Source: Alphaproteobacteria bacterium (GTDB lineage Bacteria > Pseudomonadota > Alphaproteobacteria > Bin95). From it: DNA of 64,000 nt. Location: positions 5,344,001 to 5,408,000 of the forward strand of contig CBDBGH010000003.1 in NCBI GenBank assembly GCA_965205265.1, in the 5' to 3' direction. Of this stretch, positions 19,650-28,708 are shown one piece after another. A program made the translations under genes and the position numbers. The stretch's first letter is position 1. Each line of letters starts with the position of its first letter. Below the pieces are notes generated by a model. The model searched no databases. It worked only from the letters and a program-made list of their open reading frames with translations, and was not told where the DNA came from.

Positions 19650-19854
19650 GAAGGTGCTCCTTGTCCGTGGAATCGGGGCCGGCGGTACGGACCCCGACGC
19701 GCCACCGGCGTCATGACGGCGGGCGCCGGGCCGGCAATATGTATCCGGGGAGGCGGCGGTGCGAGCCTGCCGTGGGGTGGAATCGCCGCCGACGCGATCC
19801 CGAGCACGGTTGCGCGGAGGACGGCGGGCCGGCCATGGGTATCACACGGGCCGC

Positions 19855-22800
19855 TCATGCGGCGAGCGGCCAGCGCTGGAGGATGCGGTCGAGGGTGTCC
19901 GCCTTCGGCGCGAAGATGCGCGCGCGGAAGGAGACGATCTCGACGGTGCAGCCGAAGCGCTTGAGCGCGTCCATGTCGGTGTCGGCCGGCCCCTCGACCT
20001 CGATGCGGTCGGCGCCCATGATCCTCCGGCGGGCGAGCCGCCAACCATTGGCGAGGGCGAGGGCGTTGCCGCGTCCCATGACCGCCTCGAAGGCTTCGGC
20101 GCCGGTCATGGCGGGACCGCCGCCGAGGCCGAAGCTCAGCCGCACGGCGCGGACCTGTTCGGCGTCGAGCACGCGGCCGATGATGGCCGCGCCGCAGTCG
20201 GCGGTGAGCCGGCGCACGCGCATGTTGTCGGCCGGCAGGCGGTCCCAGACCGGCAGCAGCAGGCCGGTGGCGAGCCAGAAGCGCGAGTCCCGGTGCGACG
20301 GCAGGCCGGCGATCTCGGCGTCCCACACAGCGCGCCACCTGGCCTCGTCGGCGCGGCGCCAACGGGAGGCGTCGAGTTCGGCCCGGGCCATGGTCTCAGC
20401 TGCGGCGGGCCGGATCAGGCGGACCCGTTCCTGGACGCCGCCGTCGTCGAACAGGCGCGAGGGCGCCGGCAGGAGGACGGCGGCGCGCCCGGAGCGGGCA
20501 TTGACGGCGAGGCGCGGCTTCCCGTCGGGGCCGGGATCGCGTTCGCCGATCTCCAGCGCGGCCTCGGCGGCGAGCGGCGCCAGCCGGTCGCAACGGACGA
20601 TCTCGACGAGTTCGGTCGCCGCGCCGGCGCCGGGATGCGCGTGGAGGGTCTCGCGCCCGGCGACGATGAGCGAATCGGCGGTGACGGTCTCGACGCCGAC
20701 CTCATGGGTGCCGGCCTCGATGGCCTGCTCGATGTTGGCGGCGATGCGGTCCTCCAGTTCGGCGAAGAGCCGGTTCTGCTCGGCGATGGGAAGCGCCAGG
20801 AGGCGGTTGAGGAACTTGGGCATGGGCGGCAGGTCGTCCCTGAGACCGCCCTCCCAGGTGAGCTTGAGGCCTGTGGCGGTCTCGAAGCGCTCCAGGGTCC
20901 AGTCCTCGATGGAGCCGCGCCAGAGCGCGCCGTAGAACTGGCGCAGCGCGGCCCTTGCGTAAACGCTCTCCAGGTTGTCGCTCTCGCGGAAGAGCGCCGC
21001 GTCCTTGCCGCCCATGGCGGTCTGGGAATCCCGCTGTCCGCGCGTGATGGCGCCGAGGCTGTCGAGACGCCGCGCGATGGTGGCGATGAAGCGGCGCTCG
21101 CCCTTGACGTCGGTGGCGACGGGGCGGAACAGCGGGGCCGAGGCCTGATGCGTCCTGTGGGTGCGGCCCAACCCCTGGATCGCCTGGTCGGCGCGCCAGC
21201 CGGGCTCCAGCAGGTAGTGGATGCGCCGCTCGGTATTCCCGCGGGAAAGATCGGCGTGGTAGCTGCGGCCGGTGCCGCCGGCCATGGAGAAGACCAGGAT
21301 GCGCTTGGTCCCGTCCATGAAGGCGGCGGTCTCGGCGAGGTTGGCGGAGGCCGGCCGCGAGCGCAGCGCCAGCCGCTCGCCCCGGGCGTCCGTGATTCTG
21401 AGCACGCGGCGCGACCGGCCGGTGACCTCGGCGACCTGCTCGTGCCCGAAGTGCTGCACGATCCGGTCGAGGGCCGTGGGCACCGGCGGCAGGGCGGCCA
21501 GCTTCCCGATCAGCGCGTCGCGCCGTTCTTCCGCCTCCTTGCAGATCACCGGGTTGCCGTCCTCGTCCATGGCAGGCCGGCTGAGGAGATTGCCGCCGTC
21601 GTCGGTGAACGGCTCCTGCAACTGCACCGGGAAGGCGTGCATCAGGTAGGCGAGGATCGCGTCCCGGGGCGTGAGATCGATGTTGAGGTCGTCCCACTCG
21701 GATGCGGGGACCTCGGCGATGCGCCGTTCCATCAGGGCCTCGCCGGTCGAGACCAGCTGCACGACCGCCGACCTGCCGGCGTCGAGGTCGGCCTCGACGG
21801 CGCGGATCAGGGAGGGGCACTTCATGCCGGTCAGCAGATGGCCGAAGAAGCGCTGCCTGGTGGCCTCGAAGGCGCCGAGCGCCGCCGACCTGGCGTTGCG
21901 GTTGAGCGTGTCGGCGCCCTGGACGATGCCGGTGGCCTTCAGCGCCTCCTCGATGTTGGCGTGGATCACCTTGAACGCCCCGGCATAGGCGTCCCAGATG
22001 CGCCGCTGCTCGGGCGTGAGGAGATGCTCCAGGATGTCGACCTCGATGCCGTCCCAGGCGAGCGCGCGGGCCTGGTAGAGACCGAGCGCCTTCAGGTCCC
22101 TCGCGACGACCTCCATCGCGGCGACGCCGCCGGCCTCCATGGCGGCGACGAAGGCGGCGCGGCTCTCGAAGGGCGTCTCGCCGGCGGCCCAGAGGCCCAG
22201 GCGTCCGGCATAGGCGAGGCCCGGCACGGTGGTGGCGCCGGTGGCCGAGACATAGGCGATGCGGGCATCCGGCAGCGCGTTCTGCAACCGCAGCCCGGCG
22301 CGGCCCTGCTGGGACGGCTTGGTCTCGCCGCGCTCGGACTTCGAGCCGGCGGCGTTGGCCATGGCGTGGGCCTCGTCGAACACCACGACCCCGTCGAATC
22401 CGTGGCGGTCCGCCTCGTCCAGCGAGCCGGCGAGCCATGCGACGATCTGGTCGAGCCGCGAGGGCTTCCCCTGGCGGGACGGCGAGCGCAGCGTGGCGTA
22501 GGTCGCGAACAGGATGCCGGCATCGAGGGGGATCTCCATGCCCTGCCGGAACCTGCCGAGCGGGATGACGTCGCTCTCCAGCCCGCCCAATGCGGTCCAG
22601 TCGCGGCGCGCGTCCTCCAGCAGCTTGTCGGACTGCGACAGCCAGAGGGCGCGCTTTCTGCCGCGCAGGCGGTTGTCGAGGATGACGGCGGCGACCTGGC
22701 GGCCCTTGCCGCAGCCGGTGCCGTCGCCCAGCATCCAGCCCCGGCGGAAGCGCACCGGCGCCGACAGGGGCTCGCCCCCGGAACCAGTCCGGGGCAGGCT

Positions 22801-24366
22801 CTCGGACGTAACGAAGGACGCGCAGGCCTCTTCCGCGTCCTTGCCGCCGTCCTCGCGGCAGCGGTGGACGGTCTCCCAGCCCGAGCCGATGCGGTAGTCC
22901 GCCGCCAGATGCCGGGCATGGGCCTCGCCGGCCAGCACGACGCTCTCCAGCTGGGCGTCGGACAGCAGGCCCTCCACCACGACGCGTTCGGGCAGCATGG
23001 GCCTGTAGGCCGGCGCGGGATGCGGCACGGCGGCCATGGCGGCGGACTGGACCAGCGGCGTCGGATGCGCGACCGCGCCGGGCACGCGCACGACACCCGG
23101 CCGCCACGGGGCCCAGGGGCCGGCGTCGTTTGCAGGGGCGTCGGCGGCAGGTTCCACCGGATCGGTCTCGACGGCGAGTTCGGAGACCGGCCCCCAGTCG
23201 TGGGACTGCCGCGTCTCGGGTGTCGATGCGGGCTTCGGACCCCGGCGCGTGGCGGGCTTCGCCACTGCCGGCTTGCCGAACAGGTCGCGGGCGGGACAGG
23301 CGGGAACCGGCGGCGGCGCCATGTACAGACGCGACGGCACGCCCGCGATGACGGCGTCGAGCAGTTCGGCGGCGTTGGCGGCGCGGGCGGTTCCGTCGAG
23401 GTGGATGGCCGGTCCGGCGCCGCGCTCCAGCACGCTGAGGCGGGTGTCGAACCCGGTGCCCCGCCGGGCATAGGCGCGGCCGTCGATGGCCATGGTGAAG
23501 ATGCAGCGCGCCGGGGGATCGAGCCGGCCGACGGCGTCGCCGAGGACGCAACGGGCCGAGGTGATGGCGACCAGCCGCCCGCCCGGCGGCAGCATCGAGG
23601 CGGCGGAGCGGACATGGCGGAGGTCGGCGCCGTGGTTGATCCGCGCCACCCCCGGCGTGGCCGAGAACGGCGGGTTCATCAGCACCACGGTCGGCCGGAC
23701 GCCGCGCAGCCGGTCAGCGATGGCCTCGGCGTTGAAGGCGGTCACCGGGGCGTGCGGAAACAGCCCGGCCAGCAGCCTGGCGCGGGTCGCGGCCACCTCG
23801 TTGAGATGGAGCGCGCCCGCCGCCCGGCCGCGCAGCGCGCATTCCGCCATCACCGCCAGCATGCCGGTGCCGGCGCTGGGTTCCAGCACCACATCGCCCG
23901 GCCCGACGGCGGCGGCCTGGAGCACGGCCCAGGCCAGCGGCAGCGGGGTCGAGAACTGCTGGAGCCGGACCTGTTCCTCGGAACGCCTGGTGTGCGAGGG
24001 CTCCAGTGCCGCGACCGCCTCCAGCATCGCCAGCATGCGGTGGGGTCCGTCCGGTCCCGGGCCGGCATGGCGGCGCATGGCGCGGCCGTGGCGCCGGAGG
24101 AACAGCACGACGGCCGCCTCGGCGGCCTCCCAGGCGTCCTTCCACACCCAGCCGCCGGCGGCGTCGGTCGCGCCGAAGGCGGCCGTCATGGTCTCGCGCA
24201 GGGTCGCGGCGTCGAGGGGCGTGCCGGCCTCCAGCACCGGCAGCAGGGCCTGGGCCGCGGCGAGGGTCGCGTCGCCCCGGACCGGGCGGGCGGCGGGACG
24301 ATCAATGGGGTTGGCGGCAAGGGGCGGACGCGCGAGGGCGTCCGGCGCCGGGCGGGCGTCGAGCAT
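19855..24366 (-). CDS. Methyltransferase / strawberry-notch helicase fusion
   Basis: QQFSTP, LEPSAGTG, MNPPF, LGDGTGCGKGR, FDEAH, YVSATG, QGLGRTHR. Confidence 0.92.
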   Translation of the reverse strand: MLDARPAPDALARPPLAANPIDRPAARPVRGDATLAAAQALLPVLEAGTPLDAATLRETMTAAFGATDAAGGWVWKDAWEAAEAAVVLFLRRHGRAMRRHAGPGPDGPHRMLAMLEAVAALEPSHTRRSEEQVRLQQFSTPLPLAWAVLQAAAVGPGDVVLEPSAGTGMLAVMAECALRGRAAGALHLNEVAATRARLLAGLFPHAPVTAFNAEAIADRLRGVRPTVVLMNPPFSATPGVARINHGADLRHVRSAASMLPPGGRLVAITSARCVLGDAVGRLDPPARCIFTMAIDGRAYARRGTGFDTRLSVLERGAGPAIHLDGTARAANAAELLDAVIAGVPSRLYMAPPPVPACPARDLFGKPAVAKPATRRGPKPASTPETRQSHDWGPVSELAVETDPVEPAADAPANDAGPWAPWRPGVVRVPGAVAHPTPLVQSAAMAAVPHPAPAYRPMLPERVVVEGLLSDAQLESVVLAGEAHARHLAADYRIGSGWETVHRCREDGGKDAEEACASFVTSESLPRTGSGGEPLSAPVRFRRGWMLGDGTGCGKGRQVAAVILDNRLRGRKRALWLSQSDKLLEDARRDWTALGGLESDVIPLGRFRQGMEIPLDAGILFATYATLRSPSRQGKPSRLDQIVAWLAGSLDEADRHGFDGVVVFDEAHAMANAAGSKSERGETKPSQQGRAGLRLQNALPDARIAYVSATGATTVPGLAYAGRLGLWAAGETPFESRAAFVAAMEAGGVAAMEVVARDLKALGLYQARALAWDGIEVDILEHLLTPEQRRIWDAYAGAFKVIHANIEEALKATGIVQGADTLNRNARSAALGAFEATRQRFFGHLLTGMKCPSLIRAVEADLDAGRSAVVQLVSTGEALMERRIAEVPASEWDDLNIDLTPRDAILAYLMHAFPVQLQEPFTDDGGNLLSRPAMDEDGNPVICKEAEERRDALIGKLAALPPVPTALDRIVQHFGHEQVAEVTGRSRRVLRITDARGERLALRSRPASANLAETAAFMDGTKRILVFSMAGGTGRSYHADLSRGNTERRIHYLLEPGWRADQAIQGLGRTHRTHQASAPLFRPVATDVKGERRFIATIARRLDSLGAITRGQRDSQTAMGGKDAALFRESDNLESVYARAALRQFYGALWRGSIEDWTLERFETATGLKLTWEGGLRDDLPPMPKFLNRLLALPIAEQNRLFAELEDRIAANIEQAIEAGTHEVGVETVTADSLIVAGRETLHAHPGAGAATELVEIVRCDRLAPLAAEAALEIGERDPGPDGKPRLAVNARSGRAAVLLPAPSRLFDDGGVQERVRLIRPAAAETMARAELDASRWRRADEARWRAVWDAEIAGLPSHRDSRFWLATGLLLPVWDRLPADNMRVRRLTADCGAAIIGRVLDAEQVRAVRLSFGLGGGPAMTGAEAFEAVMGRGNALALANGWRLARRRIMGADRIEVEGPADTDMDALKRFGCTVEIVSFRARIFAPKADTLDRILQRWPLAA
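22776..22802. repeat. Short palindromic repeat unit within the helicase ORF
   Basis: CCCCGGA-ACCAG-TCCGGGG-CAGGCTCT; resembles the alphaproteobacterial CCCCGGATCAAGTCCGGGGCAGGCT repeat (from memory). Confidence 0.5.
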
Positions 24367-24866
24367 GGCAGGCTCCGTGCTGGAAGGACATCGACGGGCC
24401 CCGGGTCGCACCGGGGCAGGCGGCCGGCGCGGGACAGGACTCGCGCCCCGCCCCGCCGGACCGCCCCCGGCCGGCTGGCCGGACTCCCGGCGGCGAGACG
24501 CACGAAGATGTGAGGGTGGAAGCAGCGAGTCGCCGAAACGGCGGGCGGTCGGCACGGGCAGCGACAGGGAATCGCCGAGGGCGCTCGGACTGGAGGGGGT
24601 GGAATCCGTCGTCCGTGCCGAAAGCGGCCGCGGCACAACCGGCGGCGGCCGATACCCTGACAATGTTCTTGTGCGTCCGCTCAACCGATGAGCGGGAACA
24701 TCAACCGTTCGCCTCCGCGATGGATGACTTGGAGTTCACGATCGGGATGGCGCTGCGCGAGACGAGCAAGCCATGGCCGAAGAGAGCCTGCGGGATGCGC
24801 CGCTTCCGGACGTCGCTGGGGCGCGGTCCGATGTCGGCGCCCGGCCGAGGAAGCAGAGAGACTTCG

Positions 24867-25895
24867 CTAATCCGTCCCGGTCGGTCCGGTCCCGGCGGTA
24901 TCGGTCGCCGCCAGACGCCGGGTGAGTTTCTTCTTGATGAGCGTGTCGTCGCGCCTGAGGGCGCGCTGCGCCGCGTGCAGCAGTTCCGGTTCGGGAGAGC
25001 CGCTTCTCGGCGCATGCATGCGCGGCAGCAGGGTGGCGAGGGCGTAGCCGACGCCGCCCATATGCCTGTAGGCGGGCCCGGCGACGGAGGCGACTTCGGC
25101 GATGCGTACGGTGATATCGACCGCGCGGGCACGGATGTCGCACAGGCGCTTGATGTCAACGTTCCGTTCGAACCCGGCGGGGAGGTCTTCGTGGCTGTAA
25201 ACGTAGTCAAGGCAGGCGGATCCGTCTTCGGCGACACTGAGCCAGGCGCCGTGGCAGAGTGCATTGCGCCAGGGCCTGATCTCGTCGAGGCGGGCCACGA
25301 GTTCCTTGCGAACGGCGCGGGGGACCAGGCCGGCTTCTTTCAGGACACGGTCGAGTTCACGCGTCAGGCGGTGCAGGGTGTCGGTCCGGGAGGCCAGGAG
25401 CCGCCTGGTCCACCGGCGCATGGCCTCCTGGTCCTTCGATTCCAGAAGCGCGGTGGCCCGCTCGCCGGTTGCGAGGAGTGCGTGGCAGGTGGAGGCCAGC
25501 ATGTGTTCCAGGTATCCGAAAGCCGCGACCGTCTTGCCGAGTTCCTGCCAGAAGACGGCGGATCCCTGGTTCACCGGCCAGTCGGACGGCAAGGCGTCGC
25601 GGTCGATGGGGAGACAGCGGCGCAAGCGTTCGCGGGCCTCGCGGATCGCGTCGGCGTCGCGGGATGCCGCGAGGCGGCGGATGAACCATGCGCCGTTCTT
25701 GCGGTCCGGACGCTGTTGCTGGCCTGCGATGCGTCCGGCGCGCAGCAGATTGCGCAGCGGCAGGCCGTTCTTGCGGTCTGGCAGCAGGCCTGCCTCGTCG
25801 AGCCAACGCGCGGCCTCGACGGCGCGGACTTCCTCGCGCCCGGCCCGTTCGAGCCGCTCCTGAAGATGAAGATTGATGGCGTGGAGATCGAGCAT
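24867..25895 (-). CDS. Hypothetical protein with HEPN-like Rx4H motif
   Basis: Helical domain FGYLEHML...WRNALCHGAW plus a separate ~75-aa N-terminal domain. Confidence 0.6.
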   Translation of the reverse strand: MLDLHAINLHLQERLERAGREEVRAVEAARWLDEAGLLPDRKNGLPLRNLLRAGRIAGQQQRPDRKNGAWFIRRLAASRDADAIREARERLRRCLPIDRDALPSDWPVNQGSAVFWQELGKTVAAFGYLEHMLASTCHALLATGERATALLESKDQEAMRRWTRRLLASRTDTLHRLTRELDRVLKEAGLVPRAVRKELVARLDEIRPWRNALCHGAWLSVAEDGSACLDYVYSHEDLPAGFERNVDIKRLCDIRARAVDITVRIAEVASVAGPAYRHMGGVGYALATLLPRMHAPRSGSPEPELLHAAQRALRRDDTLIKKKLTRRLAATDTAGTGPTGTD

Positions 25896-25991
25896 GAAGC
25901 ACTCTGTTTGGATGGCAGCGCGGAGGAAGGATTGCCGGGCGGTGCAGGCCTCGTCAATGGTGGGAAGGACGGGTCGAAATGATCGGCGAGG

Positions 25992-26636
25992 TCAGCCGAA
26001 TCTGCGACCGTCCGCGGTGAAGCTGAACGCATTGGCCGCGAGCGCCTCGTCGACGGCCTCGTCGGAGGTCATGTATTCGAATTCGGCGCGGAGTTGACGG
26101 TAGAGCCAGCGGGCGAGGTCGCGCAGCGCCCCGGTGACGGCGTCCTCGGCGCCATCGGTGGGAGGCTGTCCGGTGGGGCTGTCGCGCTCGACCTCGACCG
26201 CCATGGCGTATTCGTGGCAATGGCGGCCCCGCTGGCGGACGGTGGCATGAAGCTGGAAGAAGTTCCGCCTCTGGATGTCGCGCAGGGCATCGGCGATCCG
26301 GTGCAGTTCCTCGTCCGTCGGAGCGTGGGCGCGAATGGCCTTGCCCGCGCCCCCGGCGTGGCTGTAGGTGCCTTCGTAACTGGCGCCGTCGCCCTGCGCG
26401 AAGGCGAGCTGGAAGAAGATGCGGGGGCTGTCGCGGGTTCCGCCGCCATGGAGGGGCACGGGCGTGGTGGCGAGGGTGACGCCGAGGAGCCCGCAGACCG
26501 TCTCGAAGTCTTCGCAGACGGCGTCGTGCCAGTCGTTGTGCAGGCCTGCCTGGCGATACCAGCTTCGGGCGGCCTCCTTTGCTGCGCCGGACAGTTCGTC
26601 GATGTCGTAGACCGTGGTCTCGATGATCCTGGGCAT
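25992..26636 (-). CDS. Conserved ICE/plasmid protein (often annotated as an antitoxin of a TA stability system)
   Basis: MPRIIETTVY...AKEAARSWYR...QGDGAS...QRRNFFQL...SDEAVDE...FTADGRRFG. Confidence 0.8.
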   Translation of the reverse strand: MPRIIETTVYDIDELSGAAKEAARSWYRQAGLHNDWHDAVCEDFETVCGLLGVTLATTPVPLHGGGTRDSPRIFFQLAFAQGDGASYEGTYSHAGGAGKAIRAHAPTDEELHRIADALRDIQRRNFFQLHATVRQRGRHCHEYAMAVEVERDSPTGQPPTDGAEDAVTGALRDLARWLYRQLRAEFEYMTSDEAVDEALAANAFSFTADGRRFG

Positions 26637-26639
26637 GGG

Positions 26640-27056
26640 TCAGCCCTCCCGCTGCCTGGAGACCGGCGCGAAGCGGACGGCTTCCGCGATGCGCCGGAGT
26701 GCAACGCGGGCGTGGTCCGGGTTGTCCCGGGACCACGGCGCCGGCCGGCGCGAAAAGAACCAGGCGGAATCCGCCACGAGCCCATCGCCATACGCGACGA
26801 CGTGACCGCTCGTCGCGATCGCCCAGGCGCCCGGGGGCGCGGCGTCGAGGAAGGTTCCGAGGGTGACGGCGCGGACCTCGAACGGGACATCCGCGAAGAG
26901 GCGTTTCCGGATCTCATCGCGGGCATGGGGGCGGTCGCGAAGCGTGGGATGACGCAGCGCCTGGACAGGCGCCCGGCCGAGTTCGGCAAGCGCGGCGGCG
27001 AGTTCGTCCATGTGGACGCCGTTGACCGCACGGCGGCCGGTGATGCGGTGCAGCAT
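26640..27056 (-). CDS. Hypothetical protein
   Basis: MLHRITGRRAVNGVH...ATSGHVVAY; GAAGGAG RBS. Confidence 0.55.
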   Translation of the reverse strand: MLHRITGRRAVNGVHMDELAAALAELGRAPVQALRHPTLRDRPHARDEIRKRLFADVPFEVRAVTLGTFLDAAPPGAWAIATSGHVVAYGDGLVADSAWFFSRRPAPWSRDNPDHARVALRRIAEAVRFAPVSRQREG

Positions 27057-27114
27057 GACGGCTCCTTCGGGCGCTGGAGGATGCGGGGACAGGCGCCGAG
27101 GCGTTGCGGGACGG

Positions 27115-27360
27115 TCAGTCCTTCTTCTGCAGCGCTTCGTAACGGGCGGCCTCGCTTCGGGCGTAGACTTCGGGGGCATGGTGCTTGAGCGCGCGTTCGT
27201 AGCCGGAGAGCCAGGCTTCGACTTCGCGCCATGACGGGAACTGCTTCTGGTATGCGCCGTCCTTCAGGATCTGCGCGACATGGGGGTCGGGCACCCAGCC
27301 GAGGTCGAGCCCCACCTTCCGGAAGCACTGCCTGAGGTATTCCTTTCCGGCCCTGGTCAT
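27115..27360 (-). CDS. Small hypothetical protein
   Basis: MTRAGKEYLRQCF...; GGAGG RBS. Confidence 0.55.
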   Translation of the reverse strand: MTRAGKEYLRQCFRKVGLDLGWVPDPHVAQILKDGAYQKQFPSWREVEAWLSGYERALKHHAPEVYARSEAARYEALQKKD

Positions 27361-27446
27361 GGGTTCCTCCCTGTCAGTTCGCGTCTTCGATCGCACGCCG
27401 GTCGATCGCCGGGTTCACGCCGGCTGCGGATCGCGGCGCGGGCGGT

Positions 27447-27863
27447 TCAGTCGTCCTCGGGAAACATGATGGTGGCGACCGCCTCACCTTCGTCGCCGGG
27501 GCCGAGGACCACGACGGGAAAGTGCCGGCGGGGCGGGCGGCTGCTGTCGCGCAGGTCCTCGGCGATGTCGCGCACGGACACGCACATCCTCACGCGGTCG
27601 CTGCCGGGTGCGCCGAGCGCGTGATGGCGCGCCATCCAGAGCACGTCCCACAGCCGTCCGGCCTCGTCCTGAACGCCGCGGTAGCCCTCGGGCAGGGCGA
27701 CCAGCCGGTCCCACACGCTGCGGCTGAGCGCGACGGGGATGCGGAAGCCGGCCTCGCGGGCGGTGCCGGTGACGTCGACGAGCACGCCGTCCGCGATCGC
27801 CTGGCGGCGGGTATAAGAGAAGACGACCGGGCCGAACGGCGCGGCGGTGGAGATGTCGGGCAT
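27447..27863 (-). CDS. DUF6573-like mobile-element protein
   Basis: YTRRQAIADGVLVDV, AREAGFRIPVA, QDEAGRLWDVLWM, TIMFPEDD. Confidence 0.75.
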   Translation of the reverse strand: MPDISTAAPFGPVVFSYTRRQAIADGVLVDVTGTAREAGFRIPVALSRSVWDRLVALPEGYRGVQDEAGRLWDVLWMARHHALGAPGSDRVRMCVSVRDIAEDLRDSSRPPRRHFPVVVLGPGDEGEAVATIMFPEDD

Positions 27864-27881
27864 GGCGGTGTCCTTGTCGTG

Positions 27882-28640
27882 TCAAGAGGCGGTGGTCGCC
27901 CGGGCCGGGGCGGCCGTTCGGAGCAGGCCCTGCTGGCTGAAGCTGAAGGCGGCGGCGGGGGTGACGATCACATGGTCGAGCAGTGTGACCTCGATCGTCT
28001 TCAGCGCGTCCTCGATGCGTCGCGTCATGACGAGGTCGGCACGGGACGGATCGGGAGCGCCGGAAGGGTGCGGGTGGAGGACAACGACCGCGCTGGCCTG
28101 CAGTTCGAGGCAGCGGATGCAGATCTCTCTCGGATAGACCGGCGCGTGGCCGACGGAGCCTCTCTGGACGCATTCGTCGGCGATGAGACGGTTCCGGCAG
28201 TCGAGGTAGAGGACATGGAACTCCTCGACCTCACGGTGGCCGGCGAGGGCGCGGCAATAGTCGACCACCTTGCCGTAGCTGCCGAGGGAGGGGCGGACCC
28301 GGGGCGGAACCTCCGCCCGCGCCATGCGGATGCCGAGGGCCTCGGCGGCCTTGAGGGCGGCGATGGCGTCGTCCGGCAGGCCGGGCACGGTGCGCAGCCG
28401 GTCGGCCCGGGCGGCGAGGACGCGCGGGGCCGTGCCGAAGATGTCGAGCAGGGTTGCGGCAAGGGCGCCGTCCGCCGACGGGCGGCCGGCGAGGAGCAGT
28501 TCCAGCAGGTCGCGGTCGTCGACGGCCTCGCGTCCGGCGCGCAGGAAGCGGCGCCGGAGCCGGCGGTCCGCGGCCGGCCGGACCGATGCGGGCACGCCGC
28601 AGCGCGGCATGTCGTCGAAACCCGTCACGGAATCGGGCAT
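27882..28640 (-). CDS. radC: RadC/JAB-domain protein
   Basis: EEFHVLYLD, VYPREI, HPHPSG, PSRAD, LLDHVIV. Confidence 0.9.
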   Translation of the reverse strand: MPDSVTGFDDMPRCGVPASVRPAADRRLRRRFLRAGREAVDDRDLLELLLAGRPSADGALAATLLDIFGTAPRVLAARADRLRTVPGLPDDAIAALKAAEALGIRMARAEVPPRVRPSLGSYGKVVDYCRALAGHREVEEFHVLYLDCRNRLIADECVQRGSVGHAPVYPREICIRCLELQASAVVVLHPHPSGAPDPSRADLVMTRRIEDALKTIEVTLLDHVIVTPAAAFSFSQQGLLRTAAPARATTAS

Positions 28641-28708
28641 GGCACTGTTCTCCAGTGAAGCGGAACCGACGCGCCCCGTCCCGGCGAGCGGGACGGAGCC
28701 CGGCCGGA

